Below, piece by piece: positions 1 through 10,397 of a stretch of 64,000 nucleotides of DNA. The DNA is from a virus. The stretch is taken from the IMG/VR virus record IMGVR_UViG_3300023180_000018, one strand, 5' to 3'. The notes below the pieces were generated by a model. That model saw nothing but the letters and a program-made list of their open reading frames with translations. It made no database searches and had not been told where the DNA came from. Both the position numbers and the translations under genes were made by a program. The first letter of the stretch is position 1, and each line of letters opens with the position of its first letter.

Positions 1-1961
1 ACAGATGTTCCTCCACCAGAACCTGGTTTAGATTCTAATATTAGATCAGCAGTAGACGTAGAAGTTCTTATTGCTTTAACATTATCAAAAGATTTTCCAG
101 CATTCATTTTAATATCAAATAGATATATTCTAAATACTGCACCAGGATTTCCAAGATCTCCTCCACGTTCCCACACTACAGACCTAACTCTAGCCTTACC
201 TATAGTGGATCCAATATTTGGTATTGTACCTGCTCTTACAGATAATGCATTTTGGACAGAACTTTTAAGATCTACTTGATCTCCTTCTGTAAAAGAAAGA
301 TGTCCTGCATATTCATTTACTCTTACATAATTTCCATAGTTAAAATCTATTGCCGTATTTGAATACGTAACAATATCTTTAGATTTAGAAATTTCTAAAG
401 TAGTATTTCTATCTGTCTTAATTCTATATCCTGAAACGTATGCTTGACCAGGATCAATAACATAATTAAATACGTTTTCAGAATCGGCCATAGAAGTTGG
501 AGATTTTGTTGTAATGTTAAAAACATCTAAGAAATAATTACCAGATTCTTCAAATGTTCTTTCCGCCATTATATCACCAACAGCAGCTAATTCAGAACGA
601 TCTCTTGTTTGTGTAACTTTACCTTCTGAAAATTTCCAAACAGGATAATATTCAGAATCTTCCTCAGCTTCACTATCGGTTTTAATAGTTAAAACTGGCG
701 TTAATGATAATCTATGTGCACCCGGCGCGTTTTCATTTAAATATCCAGCTGCATTGTCATATAAGCTATTATCTACAGAACTATTTGCAACATATTCTAT
801 TGTAGTAAATCCAGCAGAAACGTTACTTGGTGTATTGGCATATTTTTCTACAATGTGCCATTGTGGTTGTACGTTTAAAAAATATCCTTTTTGGTATATA
901 ATACCCTCTGTAATTTCCATAGCATAACCGACACCGACTGGATCAGTAAATTCATTAGTAGCTACAGTAACTTTTGTCAAAAACGCATTGGGAGTTAGAT
1001 CTAAAGCATTGACTTGATCTGTTGATGCTTGTGTTGTTGAAATTGTTACATATGGATCAATATAATATCCAATACCAGCAGCTTGCATATTAATATTATT
1101 GATAACGCCTACAGAAGATGTATTAACAGATGCTACTGCGCCTCCGCCAACAAAATCCATAAGTACAGCTTCGTTACTAGTAGTTCCACCGGTAATATTA
1201 AAGGTTCTAGAAAAAGACCAACTAGAATTATTTGCTAAAATTAATTGACTGGTAAGTGGTTTTAATCTTAACACCACAGCTTCTGTATTAGAAGAAGTAT
1301 CAATTGCAGTAATTTCTGCTTGAGCGCCAGTGGTTGATTGGGTAATAGTTTCTCCTACTTGGAATGTACCATTAGAAAATTCTAATCCACCTGAGGTATT
1401 TTGTACTTCAATAGCTGATAGAATAACGACACTATCCGTATTAAGAAATCCTTGGGAACCATTAGCAACATCAATAGAATATAGTCTTAAATCTTCATTA
1501 TATATCGTTAATAAGTTACCATTTGAAAACTCAGGAGTAGTGCCATCAAGACCACTATTAAGATAATTTAAATATAAAGTATTGAGATTTGGATTTTGTG
1601 ATTCAAATCCAGACTCAGACTTAATTACTCTAGCCACAAGATTAGTAGATGGTTGTACAGCTAATAAACCTAAATACCGATCAACGTCAACAGCGCCACC
1701 AGTATATGTTGTATCTTTAATTTTAATATAAGGAACAGCATAGTGAAAAGTTGCATCGCATCCTTCTAATAAAGCTCCTCTATTAATAACATGATCACCA
1801 AACTTAGTAATTTGTTCTTGCAGAACACTTTGTAATTGGTTAAGTTCTCTTACTTGTACAGCAGCGCCTGGTCTAAATAAAATTTTATAATAATCTTTTG
1901 CATGCGCTGTTTCTGCGTCGTCAAAGTATGGGGATGCTTGTAAATCTGTTTGAATTGACAT
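1..1961 (-). CDS. Large virion/baseplate structural protein (VrlC/DUF4815-like), runs off the window's left edge
   Basis: Absent from the ORF track. Read manually from ATG at 1961: MSIQTDLQASPYFDD...YYKILFRPGAAVQVRELNQLQSVLQEQITKFGDH, an N-terminus typical of the large structural protein following gp8 in marine T4-like phages. Confidence 0.7.
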   Translation of the reverse strand, partial: MSIQTDLQASPYFDDAETAHAKDYYKILFRPGAAVQVRELNQLQSVLQEQITKFGDHVINRGALLEGCDATFHYAVPYIKIKDTTYTGGAVDVDRYLGLLAVQPSTNLVARVIKSESGFESQNPNLNTLYLNYLNSGLDGTTPEFSNGNLLTIYNEDLRLYSIDVANGSQGFLNTDSVVILSAIEVQNTSGGLEFSNGTFQVGETITQSTTGAQAEITAIDTSSNTEAVVLRLKPLTSQLILANNSSWSFSRTFNITGGTTSNEAVLMDFVGGGAVASVNTSSVGVINNINMQAAGIGYYIDPYVTISTTQASTDQVNALDLTPNAFLTKVTVATNEFTDPVGVGYAMEITEGIIYQKGYFLNVQPQWHIVEKYANTPSNVSAGFTTIEYVANSSVDNSLYDNAAGYLNENAPGAHRLSLTPVLTIKTDSEAEEDSEYYPVWKFSEGKVTQTRDRSELAAVGDIMAERTFEESGNYFLDVFNITTKSPTSMADSENVFNYVIDPGQAYVSGYRIKTDRNTTLEISKSKDIVTYSNTAIDFNYGNYVRVNEYAGHLSFTEGDQVDLKSSVQNALSVRAGTIPNIGSTIGKARVRSVVWERGGDLGNPGAVFRIYLFDIKMNAGKSFDNVKAIRTSTSTADLILESKPGSGGGTS

Positions 1962-1966
1962 TTATT

Positions 1967-4096
1967 TTAGAACTCCAAAATTACTCTTATTTCTTCAGAT
2001 TGATTTGAATCTCTAGAAACCGGTACATCGTTTTGTAAAAAGACTATAGCTCCACTAGTAGGATCTAAATCTCCATTGTATTTAGTAAAAGGCGCTGATA
2101 AAATCGCAGAAGATTCATCTCCAATAATATTTACGCCGGTACTAATATTTCCAGATACTCTTGTCAGTGTTAAATGCGTAGAATTTGCTGAATGTACATA
2201 CGCTGTAGCAGATGAATTTTCAACAGAAGATCCTTGATAAACTATTTCATTTGCTAAAAATGTTCCACTAGAAACTGCGCCTACACAGCGAGTCATCTGA
2301 TTAAAAGTAGAAAAATTATATTGACTATTTGCCGTAGCATATCTTTCATTAATATCAATGCCAGATGGTTTTGCTACTGCTCCAGAAGATAGACCAATCA
2401 TATATTCGCCTATTTCTAATTTTCCTTTTACTGCATCTAAATAAAAACTATTGCTTCCAATTTTTTGTCTAATTTTTGAAATGCAAATCCTATTCGCAAT
2501 ATAAACGTCTGTTGTAGAAGAAGTCCACGGAGGTGCATCAAATAATGTTATAGTATCCTCAGCTGAAGCACTATTAACTTCTGATATATGATGGTAATTT
2601 CCTATCGTATCATTCAAATAGATATAATCTCCAGTTTTAATATATTCATCGTACGCAGTTCCTGCTAGATTCGCAGTAATAGTAACGTTTCCACCAATAG
2701 TAGTAACTTGTGAATAAAGTCTAATCTTTTTAAACTGAACTACAGTTTCATTTAAAGAAAATTCTCCATCAGAACCATCACTATCATCTGAAGCTTTAAC
2801 GAAATGTACTTCAACATTAGCAAATACAGGATCTCGAATAATACCAAATTGTCCAAACGTATTTGTTGCTTCTACTGTACCATCTTCATCTTTATTAAAT
2901 AGGGTATATATACCTAAAGCTTTTCCTCCAAGTTCAATCGCGCTATTTGCACCATGCCCTCCCGGTGGAGGAATGATAGGTCTTATTGTTGATGCTGTTG
3001 GAACTACAATATCACCAGCAGATCCTGCAGGTCCACCATTAGCAGCGGCAGGTCCACCCGTTAATACTTCAGCTGTTGCATAATTATAATTTTCTCCAAC
3101 ATCCAATATTTCTACTTTGTATATACTATTTGACGCTGCATTATTAATTAAGGCTCTTGCTATAGCATTGCTAGATTGAGTGCCATCTGAAACAATTTTA
3201 ATCTCAGGACTTAATTCATATCTAGTAGAAGAATCTGGAGTAATTGTAAAAGTGTTTGCAACCTGTACAATCACACCAACACCTTCTAGAAGAAAAGAAT
3301 CTGTTATCCTTGACCACTGTCCCGCCCCAGTTCCACTTAATAAATGTATAATAGTATTACCATAAAATCCATCTGCTGTGCCTGAACCATCTGGTAATTT
3401 ATAAAGAAAAGTATTACTTTGAACTTTAACATCACTTAAAGTAAATTGTCCAGATACAAAATTATTATAATTCTTTCCACCATTTTCTACTAATATTACA
3501 TCTAATGATCCATCAACTGCATTAGCTTCAACTACAGTATTAGCAACAACGGGAATAAAATTTTGAGTTGCAAAATTAGAAAATGTTAAAGAGTCTATGC
3601 TATACATATACTTCCATTGATATCCATCGGAAGTTTCATAATAATCGTCGCCTGTAGTATATAAAGCAGCATCATATACTACATCACCAAAAGTTGGTTG
3701 AATTGTAGATGCTGCGTTATTTGCATTATATAAGCATTTATAAACGTGCTTATAAGAACTTTCATCAACAACAACGTAGAAAGGTTTATCATAAAGATCT
3801 GGATCATCGTCATCAAACGAAACATATGTATTACCAGCTTGCCAATCGTAGCGAGGAATCATAACTCGCATATCACTTTGATTTAATCTTTTCCCAAATA
3901 TCATATTTCTATACGTGTCAATATTTAAATCTTGTCCACTTCTTGAGGGAGCAACAACATCATCTTCAGTAACACCACTGGCCACATGATCACCAATAAA
4001 AGAGTAATACGTAGTATTGGCTGGCTCTGAAATAGATTCAACCATTTGCGTAATAAGATGCGTTTTAAATTCTCTTGGTACTATTCTTTTTGACAT
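1967..4096 (-). CDS. gp8: Baseplate wedge subunit gp8
   Basis: gp8-type motifs (PRYDWQAG, VYKCLYN, DGYQWKYMYSI, C-terminal EEIRVILEF); synteny after gp6/gp7. Confidence 0.85.
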   Translation of the reverse strand: MSKRIVPREFKTHLITQMVESISEPANTTYYSFIGDHVASGVTEDDVVAPSRSGQDLNIDTYRNMIFGKRLNQSDMRVMIPRYDWQAGNTYVSFDDDDPDLYDKPFYVVVDESSYKHVYKCLYNANNAASTIQPTFGDVVYDAALYTTGDDYYETSDGYQWKYMYSIDSLTFSNFATQNFIPVVANTVVEANAVDGSLDVILVENGGKNYNNFVSGQFTLSDVKVQSNTFLYKLPDGSGTADGFYGNTIIHLLSGTGAGQWSRITDSFLLEGVGVIVQVANTFTITPDSSTRYELSPEIKIVSDGTQSSNAIARALINNAASNSIYKVEILDVGENYNYATAEVLTGGPAAANGGPAGSAGDIVVPTASTIRPIIPPPGGHGANSAIELGGKALGIYTLFNKDEDGTVEATNTFGQFGIIRDPVFANVEVHFVKASDDSDGSDGEFSLNETVVQFKKIRLYSQVTTIGGNVTITANLAGTAYDEYIKTGDYIYLNDTIGNYHHISEVNSASAEDTITLFDAPPWTSSTTDVYIANRICISKIRQKIGSNSFYLDAVKGKLEIGEYMIGLSSGAVAKPSGIDINERYATANSQYNFSTFNQMTRCVGAVSSGTFLANEIVYQGSSVENSSATAYVHSANSTHLTLTRVSGNISTGVNIIGDESSAILSAPFTKYNGDLDPTSGAIVFLQNDVPVSRDSNQSEEIRVILEF

Positions 4097-4121
4097 AATT
4101 CAATGTATCTCTATAATTGAT

Positions 4122-4129
4122 TATTTATA
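4122..4129 (-). promoter_or_regulatory. T4-type late promoter TATAAATA
   Basis: Exact TATAAATA on the - strand 25 nt upstream of the gp8 start. Confidence 0.75.
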
Positions 4130-6952
4130 CTAAGCGTTAGAAATAACATGCGGATAAGTTACGAAATCGTCAGCGTCAATGAATGTGTATTGTTGCTCAA
4201 GAATCTGATTACGAACTGTCGGTGAGAAGAATACATCTTCGTCCTCGAATATAACATCTTGCGATGCACTAATAATAATAGTTGGAGAATAGAAAATATT
4301 CTCATTCAACAACGCAACAGTAGATTTCAATTCAAAATCAATAGATTCAGATGAAGATAGAATATCTAATTTTACGTCAGTGGTAGCTAAATAACCGCCA
4401 AACGGTTTGGTTCCAGCAACATGTAATACTTTAATTAAAGTATCTTTATAAGCATCGAAAGGCAACGCCGTTAATACTTTATAAGAATATTCTTGATAAA
4501 AATCGTTATCTTGAAGATATTTATCTGAAGATAAAAATGATCTTCTATTAGTATGATATCCTATTCCAACACCTTGTTTGCCTAGATATCCAGTAACTGA
4601 AATAGTTTTACTGGAATCATCTGATGATACTAATGTCAAATCTTCTTCTTCAAAATATCCAAATCCAGAATCTACTACTTCAACTGCGGTAGCAAATCCA
4701 TCACCAGTAAAAGCTTCAGATTTTACTATAGCGTTTAAACCAGTTCTTTGTTCTCTTCTTTCAACATAAGTACCATTATAATATTCTGGCGGGCCTTCTA
4801 TAATAGTTGCAGAAAAATTAGTATCTTCTGAAGTTACAATTTCACCCGGAATAAAATTGTTGTCTAAATCTAATCTAGTAATTTTTAACGTTAAATTTTC
4901 TCTATCATGCACTCGCAACCTTCCACGAGTACCAGAAGTCTGTCCAATCAATGCTTCACCAATATTAAAATTAAGACCTTGTGTAGATCCGGGTGGCAAT
5001 TCGTATTCTGCAAAAAAATCGTATTTTTCTATATGGTACATTCTTGGTTCATATATAATAAAAAATGGATCTGCTGCATAACCTCGACCAGGATTTCTAC
5101 TTACTATTCCTTCTATGGAACCAATAGTAATATCTTCCCAAGGGCCAAGAGTTTGCACTAAAGTATCGTTAAATCCTCTATCAAAGTTATTATTAACTTG
5201 GTATAAGTTAGAACCAATAATAGTACTTTCTGGGATTGCACTGATTAACGTATCATTAAAAGATTCTGGTATAATAACTTCTTCATTATACCCTACGATT
5301 TCAAAATTAGCTTCGGTTTCAAAGCCGGATATTGTTGTAATATTAAATGATGTTTCTACTGGATTACCTAATGCGTCTTGAACATAACAAGAACCATTAT
5401 AAAAGGTATTAACAATATTAATTATTCCTAGATTAGTGTTTGAAAAATTACCAGCACCAATAGCGGGAAAACTTACACCATCTCGTTCTCTTTCTAAAGG
5501 ATAATCTGTTCTAATACAACCAACACCATAAACTATATCAGCATAACTTTCACCGAGTTCAATATTTGAATATGCTTTTGAAACAGTACAATTAGCAAAT
5601 AATTTTCTGTAATTCCCACCAGCATCGGTATTAATTGTATAGTATTGTTCTAAAATATCTCCAGCATTTAATACACCCCCAGAAGAATCATATGTAATTG
5701 TTGCTGTATTAGAATATCCTATTACATTAGCAGACGCAGATACGCTAGTAGAACTTACTACATTAGAAACAAACGTATTACCAGTTAAATATATTTCATC
5801 TCCCAAATTACCAGCAGAATATGTATTAGAACTATAATTTACTACAATAGTTCCTTCAGTATCTCCAGCTTCATATGTAGAGCTTACAATAGTTCCAGTA
5901 AAAGTTATATTATTACCAACGTCATATGAAGTTACAGTTTCACCTATACTAAACTCTTCTGGATCTGCTACAGTAGCATCATAATCAACTGATAATAAAT
6001 CTTGCTTTACATTTTCAAATTGCATTACCGGGGTTCTTCTATATAAGAAGTCATTTCCGTCTGGATAAAAAGATCCAGTTACGCCTTCAATAGTATAATC
6101 TCTAGTAATTAAAACACGATCCGAACCTATAATTTCAGCGTTAGCTGTGTATCCCCACCCACCATCTAATAGTTCAAAATCGATTACACCAACATAACTA
6201 GTAACGTCAGTAATTCTTCCAATACCTTTTTTCCCAGCACCATCTTCAACATAAGTAGTTTCTCCTAATTCAAATCCAGAATCACTACGATTAATACTAA
6301 ACTTACTTAATGATCCTACAATTTTAGTAGTAACATTTGTGTCTTTAAATAATGTTGAAACTTGCTCGCCGGTTTTAAAATTTGTTTCTGTAACATTAGC
6401 TAAATATAAAACGCTAATAAATCTAGTATCTTTTTTTACTTTAACTAATCTTTCTACATAAGCTTCAGCACCAGTCTTATTACCTCTAATAATTTCACCA
6501 ACCATTTGAATATTTGTTGGTGATTCAACAACTTCTAAATATTGTACATCTACCCATTCATTATCTGATAATCTAAATAAATCATCTGAGGGGTAATATA
6601 CTTGTGCTTCTAATCCGTGTATTAATTTAAAAAACAAATCTATTGCACGCGGTGTACCTTTAGATCTATAAAAATCTAATGAATTTTTTATGAATAACTG
6701 TTTATTAGACGCAGTAGTAAACTGGATGTTAGAAAGATATTTTTGTTTAAAGAAAACTATAAAATCTTCAATAACTTTATCAATATCACGATAATCGGGT
6801 AATCTTCTAGCGTGATAATATATCTGATTTTCAGATTCTAACCACTCATAATATGCTTTTACAAATGAAATAAACATTTGTCCTTCTTCCCGATAAAATT
6901 CTGGGAATAGTCTTTCTGTAAAAGGACTTATGTATTTTTCTAGTTCTTTCAT
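4130..6952 (-). CDS. Baseplate wedge protein (gp7-like wedge initiator)
   Basis: N-terminal FPEFYREE..FVKAYYEWLE, FYRSKGT; C-terminal LQDNDFYQEYSY..LHVAGTKPFG; lies between gp6 and gp8. Confidence 0.7.
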   Translation of the reverse strand: MKELEKYISPFTERLFPEFYREEGQMFISFVKAYYEWLESENQIYYHARRLPDYRDIDKVIEDFIVFFKQKYLSNIQFTTASNKQLFIKNSLDFYRSKGTPRAIDLFFKLIHGLEAQVYYPSDDLFRLSDNEWVDVQYLEVVESPTNIQMVGEIIRGNKTGAEAYVERLVKVKKDTRFISVLYLANVTETNFKTGEQVSTLFKDTNVTTKIVGSLSKFSINRSDSGFELGETTYVEDGAGKKGIGRITDVTSYVGVIDFELLDGGWGYTANAEIIGSDRVLITRDYTIEGVTGSFYPDGNDFLYRRTPVMQFENVKQDLLSVDYDATVADPEEFSIGETVTSYDVGNNITFTGTIVSSTYEAGDTEGTIVVNYSSNTYSAGNLGDEIYLTGNTFVSNVVSSTSVSASANVIGYSNTATITYDSSGGVLNAGDILEQYYTINTDAGGNYRKLFANCTVSKAYSNIELGESYADIVYGVGCIRTDYPLERERDGVSFPAIGAGNFSNTNLGIINIVNTFYNGSCYVQDALGNPVETSFNITTISGFETEANFEIVGYNEEVIIPESFNDTLISAIPESTIIGSNLYQVNNNFDRGFNDTLVQTLGPWEDITIGSIEGIVSRNPGRGYAADPFFIIYEPRMYHIEKYDFFAEYELPPGSTQGLNFNIGEALIGQTSGTRGRLRVHDRENLTLKITRLDLDNNFIPGEIVTSEDTNFSATIIEGPPEYYNGTYVERREQRTGLNAIVKSEAFTGDGFATAVEVVDSGFGYFEEEDLTLVSSDDSSKTISVTGYLGKQGVGIGYHTNRRSFLSSDKYLQDNDFYQEYSYKVLTALPFDAYKDTLIKVLHVAGTKPFGGYLATTDVKLDILSSSESIDFELKSTVALLNENIFYSPTIIISASQDVIFEDEDVFFSPTVRNQILEQQYTFIDADDFVTYPHVISNA

Positions 6953-8745
6953 TATAAACGAACCTGAGTAACACTTACTTTAATATCTTGATCTCTAATA
7001 GCAAGAATAGTTCTACGTTGTGATGTAATATCTTTTTCTTCAGTTCTTGCGTATATGTCTAAATTGTTTCCAATGATTTGATCTGGTTTAAAAGCACTTA
7101 ATTGTAAAAATCCTCTAGTATAATCTACTGTTCCAATTTCTGAAAATAATCTGTGCGTATTTCCCTCGGTTGACATAATTCTCAACACACCTTCACCATC
7201 ATCTTCAATAAAACACTCATTACCTCCAATAAAAAATGGTGTTGAAGAAATAATACTTTGTTCGTTTTCAGGATGATCTCCCGGCAATTGGCCAATATCA
7301 TCTTTTAAAGCTATACTAAAATCTATATCATAATTAGCACTAGAAATTGTATTTGGATTTATACTTTTAATAGCTAACAAGTCTGTATCATTACTAACAA
7401 TAGAAAGATCTGAATCATCTATATCAGCAATTAATCGAGAATAACGTAATGTTTTATTAAAGCCGTCAATATTTTGTGTGTTATGATTCTGAATTGTAGA
7501 AATTACAAGCGCTTTAATATCTTCAGTCGATAAGCTAGTCTCATTAATATTATATTTAACTTTAGTGTTAACTAAAACGTATGTATAATCCGGCGTTATA
7601 AACACTGGATCAATTGCTAATGGACTACGCTGTTTAATAAATTGACGATAAACATTTCTTCTGGAAGGCGGAAGTTCGTCAGTAGTTTTTAAATCTACTG
7701 CTACAATAACCTTACCATATTGCGGAGGAGTTTCTTCTTCTCCTCCATACGCTGACACTGCATTAATTTCAGAAAAATTAGCTTTTAAAATTGTTTCATA
7801 ATCACTAGCGGTAACAACTCTTTCTTGCGTATTAAATGCTCTTGGCGCATTAAATTTAATTGAAGAAATACTTTCTGATATAGATCCACCAGCAGCTTTA
7901 GAAACTGTTGTAATAGAAGTGATAGTTGCCGTTCCAACTTTACCATCTGCTGAAAATTTACCAATTCCGTTTGGTAATTCACCGTTACAACGACGATATT
8001 GAAGAATTACAATTGATCTATCTTTAGGTCTTCTGCCAATAACACCATCGCCGAATAGAACTTCATATGTTTCATTTTCTGCTGCTTGAATAAAGAACGA
8101 TTGCGAAGTTGCATTTAATCCAAATAAATTATCAGCTTTCTTATAAGTTAATGTTTCAGCTCCATTATCTTCTAATACCGTTACTAAGAGACTATTAATA
8201 TCTACTGTTTTATTATTAATAATAAATCTTTGATTATCATTAGAATAATTCATTACATATTGATCTGATACATAATCACCTTCATATAATGTTACATTAT
8301 TAGAATAGAACTTTCCATCATTTCCACTAATGGCTTGAATATTTTCTGATACAGTAAATGTAAAATTTTTATTATCTACTGTACCAGTAAAAGATGTTCC
8401 TCTTGGGATTAATAATATAGCTTCGTCTGAACTATCTACCATAACAATATTAACTTTTGCTTGCGCAGATCTAAAAGAACGAGGAATATAATTTAATTCT
8501 TTAGCATGTGATACTACAGAATCCCGCATTAAAGCAGTATCTAAAAACATTTCATTTCCAATCATATTTAAATAAAATGAATTTAGATGGGTATTATGCG
8601 CAAGAATATCTAATAAAACGTTAATATTAGAAGCATCAAAATCATAATCTTTAAATAGATCTTGCGCTTTCATATACGTTTTAAAGTTATCTTTAATAGT
8701 ATCAAAATCTAATGATGTTAAATTAATGCTAGTATTTGCTGCCAT
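6952..8745 (-). CDS. gp6: Baseplate wedge subunit gp6
   Basis: LDFDTIK..FKDYDF..SNINVLLDILA, SVVSHAKELNYIP, RVVTASDY, PPQYGKV. Confidence 0.92.
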   Translation of the reverse strand: MAANTSINLTSLDFDTIKDNFKTYMKAQDLFKDYDFDASNINVLLDILAHNTHLNSFYLNMIGNEMFLDTALMRDSVVSHAKELNYIPRSFRSAQAKVNIVMVDSSDEAILLIPRGTSFTGTVDNKNFTFTVSENIQAISGNDGKFYSNNVTLYEGDYVSDQYVMNYSNDNQRFIINNKTVDINSLLVTVLEDNGAETLTYKKADNLFGLNATSQSFFIQAAENETYEVLFGDGVIGRRPKDRSIVILQYRRCNGELPNGIGKFSADGKVGTATITSITTVSKAAGGSISESISSIKFNAPRAFNTQERVVTASDYETILKANFSEINAVSAYGGEEETPPQYGKVIVAVDLKTTDELPPSRRNVYRQFIKQRSPLAIDPVFITPDYTYVLVNTKVKYNINETSLSTEDIKALVISTIQNHNTQNIDGFNKTLRYSRLIADIDDSDLSIVSNDTDLLAIKSINPNTISSANYDIDFSIALKDDIGQLPGDHPENEQSIISSTPFFIGGNECFIEDDGEGVLRIMSTEGNTHRLFSEIGTVDYTRGFLQLSAFKPDQIIGNNLDIYARTEEKDITSQRRTILAIRDQDIKVSVTQVRL

Positions 8746-9180
8746 TTATCTGACTCTGTATAGTGTAAGGTCTAATCTTTCTGTATCAGAAGATGTTATA
8801 ATAGCAAAGAGAATACTTACTTCAACTGAATGGGTATCTTCATCAGAAGTAACTTTAATATCTATAATATTAACCCTTGGCTCATATTGCTCTATAGTAT
8901 TTTCAATATGTTGTTTAATTTCTAAATTTGTTTGTTTGCTTTGAGGCTCAAATAAAAATCTAGATAGATTACTTCCAAATCGAGGATTTCTTAATCTTTC
9001 ATATTTATTTGTTAATAATAAATTTCTAATAGCTAGCTTAACAGCTTCAACATTAGTCTTTCTAGAAATTTGTCCAGTATTAGGATGAGGCCTAAAAGAA
9101 TGTAAGAAGTCACTGTATAGATCTAGACTTCCTCCACTCTGCTTATATAAATCTCTATGCTGTTCTATTTTAGCGCCCAT
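8746..9180 (-). CDS. gp25: Baseplate wedge subunit gp25
   Basis: AVKLAIRNLLLTNKYER..PRFGSNL..LFE..YEPRV; directly upstream of gp6. Confidence 0.9.
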   Translation of the reverse strand: MGAKIEQHRDLYKQSGGSLDLYSDFLHSFRPHPNTGQISRKTNVEAVKLAIRNLLLTNKYERLRNPRFGSNLSRFLFEPQSKQTNLEIKQHIENTIEQYEPRVNIIDIKVTSDEDTHSVEVSILFAIITSSDTERLDLTLYRVR

Positions 9181-9205
9181 AAAAAGAGCCTCTTATATAT
9201 TAATT

Positions 9206-9213
9206 TATTTATA
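9206..9213 (-). promoter_or_regulatory. T4-type late promoter TATAAATA
   Basis: Exact match upstream of gp25. Confidence 0.75.
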
Positions 9214-9218
9214 ACGTA

Positions 9219-10397
9219 TTACTTAGGTGCACCAGTATCAGATTTAGGACCACTTCCTGCTGTTGGTGAACCATCATGTACATGAGTATGTAACTCAATA
9301 CCATTAGAAGTAATACTACCACCAGCATCACCAATATTAATAGTGCTTCCAGTAACGTTAATAGTAGGAGCATCCATTGCAATTGAAGCGTCGCTTGTTA
9401 TTGACATTGCTCCTACTGAATGTACGCTAGTTGTTCCATCAACATTAACAGAAGAATTGCCCTTAATCATTACAGTACTATTCTCTCCAACTGTTACTGT
9501 GCTATTACTACCGATTTCAACATTACTATTATTGCCAATTGCAACATCACTATTGTTTACTATAACAACTGAACTTGAATTTCCTACGAAAACTGTACTA
9601 TCAATATCAATTTCAACAATACCATTACCCTTTACGAGTAAATGATTATCCTTCATTGTAATAGTCCAGTTATTATCTGTAATCTTATCTACACGTCTAC
9701 CTTTAGCATCTCCTACATTTCCAATTTCAATATAAGAACCAGATGGATGATACGCGTGAATTCTTTCCGACGTGGGTGTATCATCAATTTCTATTGCATT
9801 GCCGCCTTTACTAGTATACGTTAAATTATATGGATACTTTGCAGCATATGCGCTCTTTGGTTCTTTTATTAATTCAGCATCACCTTCTATTTCTTCTTTT
9901 GGTAATGTGTTTGTTCCTCTAGCATTTGAAGCTACATCATTTAAAAACTCATCTCCATCGCTACCTACGTCAATTTGTAACATTTTTCCAGTTGATTCAT
10001 CAGTAGGTGGTTCTGGAAATCTTGACATTTTATGATAGGTACCGAATATAACTGGTACATTTGATTCTTGACCATCCATATAAAAACCGAAACAATATGT
10101 ACCAACAGCAATACCGGTTGGAGATAAACCAACAGCATCAATCCAATCTGGTACTTGATATTCTTCTAACTCAACTATCTTTTTGTGATTTAAACTAGAA
10201 GATTGAATAGCTGAAATAGGATACGCCCATAGTAAATCCTCATCTAATATACCATAACTTTTTTTATTCTTACCTAATTCACCGGTTTGCTCATGAATAA
10301 CGCGGATTTTTACACGGCCTAGCATTTCCTCGTCGTTAATATCAACAACGCGAGCAATAAACCATTTAAATACATCTCCTAACTTATAATAGCTCAC
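9219..10397 (-). CDS. gp5: Baseplate central spike gp5 (OB fold + beta-helix, no lysozyme domain, HxH tip)
   Basis: WFIARVVDIND..LGRVKIRV, YPYN..EIDDTP..ERIH..HPSG, 8-residue VxxNSxxx repeats, terminal LHTHVH. Confidence 0.85.
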   Translation of the reverse strand: MSYYKLGDVFKWFIARVVDINDEEMLGRVKIRVIHEQTGELGKNKKSYGILDEDLLWAYPISAIQSSSLNHKKIVELEEYQVPDWIDAVGLSPTGIAVGTYCFGFYMDGQESNVPVIFGTYHKMSRFPEPPTDESTGKMLQIDVGSDGDEFLNDVASNARGTNTLPKEEIEGDAELIKEPKSAYAAKYPYNLTYTSKGGNAIEIDDTPTSERIHAYHPSGSYIEIGNVGDAKGRRVDKITDNNWTITMKDNHLLVKGNGIVEIDIDSTVFVGNSSSVVIVNNSDVAIGNNSNVEIGSNSTVTVGENSTVMIKGNSSVNVDGTTSVHSVGAMSITSDASIAMDAPTINVTGSTINIGDAGGSITSNGIELHTHVHDGSPTAGSGPKSDTGAPK

